From Chthoniobacterales bacterium (GTDB taxonomy: Bacteria; Verrucomicrobiota; Verrucomicrobiia; Chthoniobacterales; UBA6821), in assembly GCA_044326465.1 (NCBI GenBank), contig JBIRBD010000001.1, forward strand, positions 1-41,762: a stretch of DNA of 41,762 bases, written 5' to 3'. Made by a program: the position numbers and the translations under genes. The stretch's first letter is position 1. Each line of letters begins with the position of its first letter. The notes below the pieces were generated by a model that made no database searches, was not told the DNA's origin, and saw nothing but the letters and a program-made list of their open reading frames with translations. Positions 7,507 through 14,858 of this stretch are shown one piece after another.

Positions 7507-8157
7507 ATGTTTCAACTCTTTCTCAAAGGTGGCCCTATTATGGGGCCGATTTTACTCATCTCCATCATAGCGCTCACCGTGGTGATCGAGCGAATAATCT
7601 TTCTTCTGCTGGAAGCAAAAAACAGCAACCCAAAAACTGTTAACGCAATGCTGGCAGCTGCGGAACATGACGACTACGAAAAAGCATGGAAGCTTGGCGC
7701 AGCTTCCAAGGATTTCATTGCGCGTGTACTTACGTATGGACTAGCACATCGCGCAACCTCCCTAAGCGAGGCCTTGCTCCAGGCTGCAAACCGCGAACTT
7801 TACCGTTTCAATCGAGGTCTCGCTATCCTTGACACCATCATCACTCTTGCGCCTTTATTGGGACTTCTTGGAACCGTTACCGGAATGATTCATGCTTTTA
7901 GTCTACTCGGAAATAATGAACTTAACGCACCGACAGCCATCACTGGAGGTATTGCAGAAGCCCTTATTGCAACAGCCTTCGGACTCAGTGTTGCCATTGT
8001 TGCGCTGATCCCTTTTAATTATCTTAATAGCCGTTTAGAAAAAGCACGCCTTCAAATCCAAGATGCAGCCTCTTTTCTCGAACTATGCCTGTTGAAGAGG
8101 TTACCCCCCTCAACCTCTCAACCCCTAAACTCTTTCCATGCAGATTCCATCTCTTAA
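7507..8157 (+). CDS. exbB: MotA/TolQ/ExbB proton-channel family protein
   Basis: It has three TM segments and the conserved LAPLLGLLGTVTGMI / GGIAEALIATAFGL core. The start is moved to the ATG at 7507, because the track start at 7447 is a TTG inside the repeat array. The last ~17 codons are array-derived. Confidence 0.85.
   Translation: MFQLFLKGGPIMGPILLISIIALTVVIERIIFLLLEAKNSNPKTVNAMLAAAEHDDYEKAWKLGAASKDFIARVLTYGLAHRATSLSEALLQAANRELYRFNRGLAILDTIITLAPLLGLLGTVTGMIHAFSLLGNNELNAPTAITGGIAEALIATAFGLSVAIVALIPFNYLNSRLEKARLQIQDAASFLELCLLKRLPPSTSQPLNSFHADSIS
8106..8130 (+). repeat. C-rich octamer array (CCCCTCAA CCTCTCAA CCCCTAAA) inside the exbB 3' end
   Basis: It uses the same unit as the arrays at 17250..17296 and 23491..23537. 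It ends 7 nt before the exbD ATG, and 8101..8137 contains no G. Confidence 0.7.
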
Positions 8158-8566
8158 TAGTCGTCGTAAGGCACGCATCGAAATTATCCCGCTAATCGAT
8201 ATTATTTTTTTTCTATTAGCAACCTTTGTCATGGTCTCGCTTTCCATGATTCAAAATCAAGGGATTGCTGTGCATCTGCCTAAAGCCTCCTCCGGATCAA
8301 CACAAGATCGATGCAATGACGTTACAATTACCGTAACAATCGATGGAAGTTATTTTTTTAATCACGAACCAATAACGCATGATCAGCTTTTAGATAAGCT
8401 ACTGGTTGTAAAAAAAACCTCTGTAGAACCACAGGTTTTTATCAATGCCGATACGAAGGCAGACTTTGGTTCTGTCGTCGAAGTTCTCAATGAAGTACGT
8501 AAGCAAGGTATCGAAAAAGTTGCCATTGAGACGAAACCAACTACTGATGTCATGAGTAATAGGTGA
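8138..8566 (+). CDS. exbD: Biopolymer transport protein ExbD/TolR
   Basis: The N-terminus (RRKARIEIIPLIDIIFFLLATFVMV) and a periplasmic ExbD domain are present. It overlaps the exbB end by 20 nt. Confidence 0.87.
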   Translation: MQIPSLNSRRKARIEIIPLIDIIFFLLATFVMVSLSMIQNQGIAVHLPKASSGSTQDRCNDVTITVTIDGSYFFNHEPITHDQLLDKLLVVKKTSVEPQVFINADTKADFGSVVEVLNEVRKQGIEKVAIETKPTTDVMSNR

Positions 8567-8631
8567 TTCAACGATAAATGTCTTCTCCTCATTACTCATT
8601 ACCCATTACTCGGTACTCATTACTCTTCACT
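8552..8631. repeat. Inverted heptamer-array pair spanning the exbD stop and tonB start
   Basis: The left arm atgagtaatagg (8552..8563) abuts the exbD stop codon. The right arm is six tandem heptamers, cattact cattacc cattact cggtact cattact cttcact (8590..8631), which encode TonB residues 5-18. Confidence 0.75.
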
Positions 8632-9255
8632 GCGCTTGCTTTTTTCCTCGCGGTGATTTTCCATGGCGCCCTCTTTCTTCTTGGGCGCTCCTTTTATAAG
8701 CCTCCAGAGTATGCCGTAAGAGAAGGCAATTCGAATCTAGAAGTAGGGCTTGTTGATGCGGCGTCTATGGGAAAAAATTCTTCTGCAACCATTGATGAGA
8801 AGGTAACAACTGCCAAAGTAAAACAAGCAGCAACCCTTGTTTCTGAAAAAAAACTTGAACTATCTTCCCGCACGCATCCAGGAGAAGCGAAAAAGATTTC
8901 TTCTGTTGCCTCAGAAAAAAAAATCGCTGGGCTTTTGAAGTCAGCCCCTAGCTATCTTCGTAACCCGCAACCAACCTATCCAGAAGCAGAGAGAATAAGC
9001 GGTCACGAGGGAGTTGTGTTGCTTCGTGTTGTAGTTACTAAGGAGGGAAAAATTCTAAAAGCTACCATTGAACACTCTTCAGGATATGACGCGCTCGATA
9101 AACGCGCGCTTGAAACAGTGTTAGATTCGTGGAGTTTTCGCCCTGCGCTATTAAATCAGGAGCCAGTTAAGACAGAAATTTTTATTCCAATTCATTTTTC
9201 TCTTAACTCTAAAAACTCAAATTCTAATAAAAAAGCCGGGCTCCTTAACCAATAA
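8578..9255 (+). CDS. tonB: Energy transducer TonB-family protein (in TolA-like position)
   Basis: It has an N-terminal TM anchor (LLFTALAFFLAVIFHGALFLL), a low-complexity linker and a C-terminal TonB_C domain (YPEAERISGHEGVVLLRVVVTKEGKILKATIEHSSGYDALDKRALETVLDSWSFRPA). It follows exbB-exbD. Confidence 0.78.
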   Translation: MSSPHYSLPITRYSLLFTALAFFLAVIFHGALFLLGRSFYKPPEYAVREGNSNLEVGLVDAASMGKNSSATIDEKVTTAKVKQAATLVSEKKLELSSRTHPGEAKKISSVASEKKIAGLLKSAPSYLRNPQPTYPEAERISGHEGVVLLRVVVTKEGKILKATIEHSSGYDALDKRALETVLDSWSFRPALLNQEPVKTEIFIPIHFSLNSKNSNSNKKAGLLNQ

Positions 9256-9260
9256 AAAAA

Positions 9261-9291
9261 GCAATCCTCTCTTACATAAAAAGAGGATTGC
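9261..9291. terminator. Bidirectional rho-independent terminator
   Basis: The stem is gcaatcctct / agaggattgc (10 bp) with an 11-nt loop. An A7 run precedes it and aatattttt follows, giving T-runs on both strands. It lies between convergent tonB and the 34-aa gene. Confidence 0.7.
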
Positions 9292-9316
9292 AATATTTTT
9301 GAAAAATAGAAAAGCC

Positions 9317-9421
9317 CTACGACTTGTAGCGCAACCGCTTCTTATGGCGATTAAGCTTCATGCGTTTACGGCGTTTATGTTTGGCTATTTTAGCTTTACG
9401 TTTCTTTTTAATGGATCCCAT
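9317..9421 (-). CDS. 34-aa highly basic peptide (AURKAIP1/COX24-domain-like small protein)
   Basis: My own translation of the minus strand gives MGSIKKKRKAKIAKHKRRKRMKLNRHKKRLRYKS, with the ATG at 9419..9421 and the TAG at 9317..9319. It is too short for the ORF track, and the overlapping + ORF 9299..9541 looks spurious. The family assignment is from memory of similar MGS(I/L)KKKRK..KHKRRKR peptides. Confidence 0.6.
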   Translation of the reverse strand: MGSIKKKRKAKIAKHKRRKRMKLNRHKKRLRYKS

Positions 9422-9594
9422 GGGACTTCTTTTCTGCTGACGTTAATAAATTTTGATAATCTTTTGCAAGATGAACTTACACTTTTGCGGAGAGAAGGCA
9501 ATGTCTCAAGAAGATTCTTTATTTTTTTATATCTATGGTAATCTATAACGTGGCTTGCCAAGGAACGGGATCCTGTCTTTTATCTCCTTTTTAT

Positions 9595-10302
9595 ATGCGT
9601 GAACTTATTGAAAAACTTCTTATTCTCCAACACTGTGATCAAAAAAATCGCGATGTTCTTCATTCGCTACAACAGCTTCCTCAGGAGAAATCAACCTGTG
9701 AGAGCGATCTTAAAAAATCTGATTATCAGTTAGAGCTCGCTCGCGCACGCCAGCGAGAGAATGAAATAGAACTCAAAAAACTCGAAGTCGATATTCTTTC
9801 AAAACAAGAACAGATTTTTCGTTATCGTCGTCAACAGCTTGAGACCCGAAAAAATGATGAGTATGCGGCCTTGAATCATGAGATTGCAGTTGGAGAAAAA
9901 AATATTTCTGCAATTGAAGATGCCCAGCTCGTCTTGATGGAGTTAGCGGAGACATTGTATGCTCAATTGCAGTCGGCTCAACAAGCACATCAGCTAGAGC
10001 AAACTCGAATCAATAATGTTTTAGGCTCGTTGGACCTGCGTCGTGCCAATTTGTTCGCGCGACAAGAAGAACTTGCAAAAGAGCGCTTGCGGCTTATTGA
10101 TGGCATTGACGAAGATCTTTTGGAGCGCTACGGCCGACTTTTTAAAAGCAAAAATGGAACAGCGATTGTTCCTGTAGAGCATCACACTTGCACTGGTTGC
10201 CATATGCAAGTTCCCATGCAAATAATCTTGGCAGCAAAGGCTGCTAAAGAATTAGTTCTCTGTTTGCAATGTGGAAGAGTTCTCTATTGCGAAGAAGAAT
10301 AA
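9595..10302 (+). CDS. Coiled-coil protein with C-terminal C4 zinc ribbon (COG1579/DUF164-like)
   Basis: A long heptad-rich region is followed by CTGCHMQVP...LCLQCGRVLY (CxxC-x21-CxxC). The start is moved to the ATG at 9595 (MRELIEKLL). Confidence 0.7.
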   Translation: MRELIEKLLILQHCDQKNRDVLHSLQQLPQEKSTCESDLKKSDYQLELARARQRENEIELKKLEVDILSKQEQIFRYRRQQLETRKNDEYAALNHEIAVGEKNISAIEDAQLVLMELAETLYAQLQSAQQAHQLEQTRINNVLGSLDLRRANLFARQEELAKERLRLIDGIDEDLLERYGRLFKSKNGTAIVPVEHHTCTGCHMQVPMQIILAAKAAKELVLCLQCGRVLYCEEE

Positions 10303-10319
10303 ATTTTCTTCTCTGTTAA

Positions 10320-11087
<768 letters not shown>

Positions 11088-11112
11088 AACTCCTAACCTT
11101 CTAAACTAACAC

Positions 11113-11673
11113 ATGAACACGGCAACTATTTTACTTGAAGCTGAAACGCATATGGAAAAATCCATTGATTTCATGATGCATGAATTTTCGGCGATTCGCA
11201 CAGGCAAGGCTTCTCCTGCCCTTGTAGAAACAATCGATGTCCATACTTATGGCAGCAGCATGAAACTCAAGCAGCTTGCTCTTATTACGAGCCCAGAATC
11301 TCGCTTGTTGATCATTCAACCCTTTGATGTAGGTACGTTGAAGGATATTGAAAAAGCACTCCTCGAAAGCAAAATTGGCATTACTCCGAATATCGATGGG
11401 AAAGTTATTCGCCTTCGTCTTCCTGAACTGAGCGAAGAACGTCGTAAAGATCTTGTTCGTACGATTCACAAGCTCGCGGAAGAAGGACGTGTTCGAATTC
11501 GTTCTTGCCGACGTGATGCTATTGATGCGATGAAAAAAATTCAAAAAGCGAGCACCATTACGGAAGATGATTTAGAGCGTGGTGAAAAAGAAGTTCAAAA
11601 ACTGACCGATAAATTTGTTGCCTCGATTGATAAACATGTTGAGCACAAAGAAGCTGAGTTGATGACCGTGTAG
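11113..11673 (+). CDS. frr: Ribosome recycling factor
   Basis: It shows full-length similarity to RRF (FSAIRTGKASPALVETIDV, LSEERRKDLVR, RRDAID). The 25-nt spacer upstream contains no G. Confidence 0.95.
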   Translation: MNTATILLEAETHMEKSIDFMMHEFSAIRTGKASPALVETIDVHTYGSSMKLKQLALITSPESRLLIIQPFDVGTLKDIEKALLESKIGITPNIDGKVIRLRLPELSEERRKDLVRTIHKLAEEGRVRIRSCRRDAIDAMKKIQKASTITEDDLERGEKEVQKLTDKFVASIDKHVEHKEAELMTV

Positions 11674-11688
11674 GTCTGGCTTGTGGAA

Positions 11689-11858
11689 TTAACCTAAAAA
11701 CGGCAATGGATCGTTATAAATTAGCGCAATATGCTCAGCCTCAAAATGATTTTTCAACCGGCTCACGTACCTTCCAGGTATGCTTCGCCGTTTTAAAAAT
11801 CACTTTTAGACCAAGCCTTTACGCTAATTTATTAACTCCCATCACCGTTTTTAGTTAA
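11689..11858 (+). repeat. Family A palindromic element, copy A1 (170 bp)
   Basis: Its termini are ttaacctaaaaacggcaatgg ... ccatcaccgtttttagttaa. The left half pairs with the right half along the whole element (for example gttataaattagcg / cgctaatttattaac), with the apical hairpin tacct-tcc-aggta. It is ~97% identical to 41634..41762. Confidence 0.85.
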
Positions 11859-11907
11859 GGTTGCAAGCTGAAGGAAGAAGAGACAATCACGATCAAAATA
11901 AAATGAC

Positions 11908-12423
11908 ATGCGTTTTTTTTTAGCACTCTTGGTTAGCTCATTCTTTTTTGGAACGCTCTGTTTTGCCGAAATAGAGTCTGTTTCGCAAGCTCATACAGAC
12001 TCTGTCATTACTCCTGCTCCTGATATTATGTGGCAAGAGAATGGAAGGTTGACGCATCTCTCATCGCTCCGAGGGAAGCCTGTTCTTTTGCTCATCGCTC
12101 CATCACCACAGAGTCATATTTTTCTTAGCCAGCTTAATGAACTTAAGGGAATGTATGGACGTCTCGCTAATCGTCAATTAATTTGTGTGGCTGCTTTTTA
12201 TGAAGAAGAAGGTCTTGTGCCGTCAAACATTCCTTTCATCACAGCAAATAAGGGCGCAGCAGTAGCAGCAGTCTATGGTGTGCAGAAAAATTCTTTTGCA
12301 GCAGCTCTCATCAGTGTTGATGGAAATCTTGATTGTCTTAGCACCAAGGTTCTTCCTGGTCAGCGCATTGATGATCTCATCGATGCTTCTTACGCAACGC
12401 AGCTAAAAATGCGTAAACCTTGA
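11908..12423 (+). CDS. Secreted thioredoxin-fold (redoxin/TlpA-like) protein lacking the CXXC motif
   Basis: A signal peptide (MRFFLALLVSSFFFGTLCFA) is followed by a redoxin-like pattern (LSSLRGKPVLLLIAPSPQSHIF...). SPQS sits where redoxins carry CxxC. The assignment rests on pattern recognition only. Confidence 0.45.
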   Translation: MRFFLALLVSSFFFGTLCFAEIESVSQAHTDSVITPAPDIMWQENGRLTHLSSLRGKPVLLLIAPSPQSHIFLSQLNELKGMYGRLANRQLICVAAFYEEEGLVPSNIPFITANKGAAVAAVYGVQKNSFAAALISVDGNLDCLSTKVLPGQRIDDLIDASYATQLKMRKP

Positions 12424-12434
12424 AGAATAAAAGT

Positions 12435-13379
12435 TTAGCTTCCAATATCTAACGCTCGAAGCTGCTCCCAGAGCACTTTCTCAGCCGGCGAAGGCTTTAT
12501 TGGAATTTTTATCTCTGTCACAGCAAAAAAATCTCCCCGTGTTCCTTTTGTCACCGGAAGACCCCGACCGGAAATGCGGAATTTTTTTCCATGCTCCGTG
12601 CCGGCTGGGATTTTCAGTTTGGCACGGCCATCAGGAGTTGGAATCGTGAGCTCGCCTCCTAGCACCGCTTGCCAAACTGGAATTTCGAGATCGTGGATGA
12701 TATTGCTTCCCTCAAAATAAAAATCAGGATGCTGTTGTAATTTTACCCGAAGATAGAGATCTCCTGCCTCGCCGCCAGGGCCACCTGTGTCGCCTTGACC
12801 AGCAAGACGAATCCGTTGACCTTCGCGTACACCTTCTGGAATTTTCACCGTATAAGTCTGCAGATCTTGTGAACCAGGCTTGCGGAAAGAAATTTGGCGC
12901 GTAGCTCCTTTAAGAACCTCTTCGAGCGTTACCAAAATATCAGCCTCGACATCGCTGCCTCTCTGTGGCGTTTCTTCAAAGTGTGTGCCTCCACCAAAAC
13001 CGCGTCCACGTCGCGTTCCAAAAAATTGTTCGAAAAAATCGCTATATCCAGTGCCTCCAAAATGAAATTCTTCTCCCCCACCAAAATCACTAAATCCACC
13101 TGACATGCCGTTTCCGCGAGCAGCACGTCCTGTTGCTCCAGTTCCGGCTTGCGACCAGTTGGCACCGTAGGAGTCGTATTTTTTACGATTCTCTGGATTA
13201 CTTAAAACTTCATAAGCCTCGTTAATTTCTTTAAATTTTTCCTCGGCAGTCTTTTTATCTTTAGCCAAATCAGGATGATGCTTTCGTGCTAATTTGCGAA
13301 AGGCGCTTTTAATCTCATCAGCAGAAGCTGTCTTGGCAACGCCAAGCGTTTCATAATAATCGCGGAATTGTGCAGGCAT
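12435..13379 (-). CDS. cbpA: J-domain co-chaperone, CbpA-type (DnaJ class II, no zinc finger)
   Basis: It has a J domain with HPD (DYYETLGV...ARKHHPDLAKD), a G/F-rich linker and two DnaJ C-terminal beta domains. There is no CxxCxGxG repeat. Confidence 0.85.
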   Translation of the reverse strand: MPAQFRDYYETLGVAKTASADEIKSAFRKLARKHHPDLAKDKKTAEEKFKEINEAYEVLSNPENRKKYDSYGANWSQAGTGATGRAARGNGMSGGFSDFGGGEEFHFGGTGYSDFFEQFFGTRRGRGFGGGTHFEETPQRGSDVEADILVTLEEVLKGATRQISFRKPGSQDLQTYTVKIPEGVREGQRIRLAGQGDTGGPGGEAGDLYLRVKLQQHPDFYFEGSNIIHDLEIPVWQAVLGGELTIPTPDGRAKLKIPAGTEHGKKFRISGRGLPVTKGTRGDFFAVTEIKIPIKPSPAEKVLWEQLRALDIGS

Positions 13380-13383
13380 AAAA

Positions 13384-13536
13384 GGAATTGAAGTGGAAAG
13401 TTGAAGTAGAATTTGGAATATCAGCTGAGTGCAAAATTACTGGAAAAATTCAACGTTGATATTAAGTTGATGTGCCAGACGGCAAGAACTATCTTCGTTT
13501 TAAATTACTTCAACTTCAACTTTCAACTTCAACTTC
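13384..13536. repeat. Inverted 6-7-nt array pair filling the cbpA/serS divergent spacer
   Basis: The left arm is ggaattgaagtggaaagttgaagtagaattt (13384..13414). The right arm is aaatt(acttca)(acttca)(actttca)(acttca)(acttc) at 13502..13536. The arms are reverse complements in several registers (gaaagttgaag / cttcaactttc is perfect), and the core is 87 nt. Confidence 0.75.
13467..13495 (+). promoter_or_regulatory. Candidate serS promoter inside the array core
   Basis: TTGATG (13467..13472), a 17-nt spacer and TATCTT (13490..13495). This would start transcription at about 13502, making the C-rich right array the whole serS leader. It rests on a pattern match only. Confidence 0.3.
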
Positions 13537-13545
13537 TGCATTCAA

Positions 13546-14811
13546 GTGCTCGACATTCGACTCCTTCGCGAAAATCCTCTCCACGTCAAAGAAGCTTTAG
13601 GGCGACGTTCTGCGACCTTTGATGCACTCATTAATCGCATTCTTCTTTGCGATGGAGAGCGTCGTGAGACCGAAACAGAGCTTCAGCAGTTACAAGCGCA
13701 GCGCAATCGACTCAGTAAAGAAATCGGCGGAATGAAGGCGCGCAACGAAAATTCTTTTGCGATCGAAGCGGAAGTAAAAAGTTTTGCAACACAAATAGAA
13801 GAGCTCAACAGCCTGGCAACCGAGCTGGATCTTCGTCAACGAAACTTGCTTCTTCAGTTGCCCAATATTCCAGAGATTTCTGTTCCTGATGGGAACGAAG
13901 CTACAGAAAATGTAACGATCCGCTCATGGGGAAAAATTTCTTCAGAAAAAAAAGAAGATCATATTGCCATAGGAAAACGTCTTGGTCTTTTTGATTTGGA
14001 TCGTGCTGTAAAAATTAGTGGCAGCGGTTTTGTCTGTTTTTCTAATGAGGGAGCACGGCTCGAGCGTGCATTGATTAATTTTTTACTCGATCTCCACACG
14101 CGCGAACATGGCTATACGGAAATGGGATTACCTCTTCTTGTGCGTCGCGACTGCATGGAAGGAACTGGCCAGCTTCCAAAATTTGTTGATGATATGTATG
14201 GCTTTGATGAAGGGGCTCATTTTCTTACGCCAACAGCGGAAGTTTCACTCACCAATTTGCGGCGCGATGAAATTATTGCTGAAAGTGAATTGCCAATTAA
14301 TATGACGGCCTGTACCGCTTGCTTCCGCCGAGAATCAGGCTCTGCTGGTCGTGACACGCGAGGCATTATTCGCATGCATCAATTCAACAAAGTTGAATTG
14401 GTTAAAATTTGTCGTCCCGAAGAAACAGAAGCCGAACTTGAAAAACTTACCAGCCATGCCGAGAGAGTGCTCCAATTGCTGGAGCTTCCCTACCGCGTGC
14501 TTGATCTTTGTGCTGGCGATTTGGGATTTACCTCTGCTCGTACCTATGATTTGGAAGTCTGGGCGCCAGGCCAAGGCTCTTTTTTAGAAGTCTCGAGCTG
14601 CTCACGCTTCAACGATTATCAAGCGCGTCGCATGAATCTTCGTTACAAAGATGTCGATGGTAAAAATAAATTTTGCCATACACTCAATGGTTCAGGAACG
14701 GCCCTACCTCGACTCTATGTTGCCCTTCTGGAAACACATACACAGCCAGGTGGAGCGTTGATATTGCCAAAGCCATTGCAGGCTTATTTTGGAAAAGAAA
14801 AAATCGGTTAA
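13546..14811 (+). CDS. serS: Serine--tRNA ligase
   Basis: It has a GTG start giving MLDIRLLRENP, an N-terminal coiled-coil arm and class II motifs (FRRESGSAGRDTRGIIRMHQFNKVE, GSGTALPR). Confidence 0.95.
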   Translation: MLDIRLLRENPLHVKEALGRRSATFDALINRILLCDGERRETETELQQLQAQRNRLSKEIGGMKARNENSFAIEAEVKSFATQIEELNSLATELDLRQRNLLLQLPNIPEISVPDGNEATENVTIRSWGKISSEKKEDHIAIGKRLGLFDLDRAVKISGSGFVCFSNEGARLERALINFLLDLHTREHGYTEMGLPLLVRRDCMEGTGQLPKFVDDMYGFDEGAHFLTPTAEVSLTNLRRDEIIAESELPINMTACTACFRRESGSAGRDTRGIIRMHQFNKVELVKICRPEETEAELEKLTSHAERVLQLLELPYRVLDLCAGDLGFTSARTYDLEVWAPGQGSFLEVSSCSRFNDYQARRMNLRYKDVDGKNKFCHTLNGSGTALPRLYVALLETHTQPGGALILPKPLQAYFGKEKIG

Positions 14812-14858
14812 AGGCAGAGAAATTTTTTTTTATAGGAAAATACTTTTTCTCCATCCCT

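Noticed and set aside
9299-9541. 80-aa + strand ORF (TTG start) in the tonB/zinc-ribbon spacer
   Set aside because: It has no features. The opposite strand encodes a compact 34-aa basic peptide with a proper ATG, stop and terminator, which explains the open frame.
13413-13622. 69-aa ORF spanning the array core and the serS 5' end
   Set aside because: It has a TTG start inside the palindrome and is out of frame with the clearly real serS (MLDIRLLRENP).
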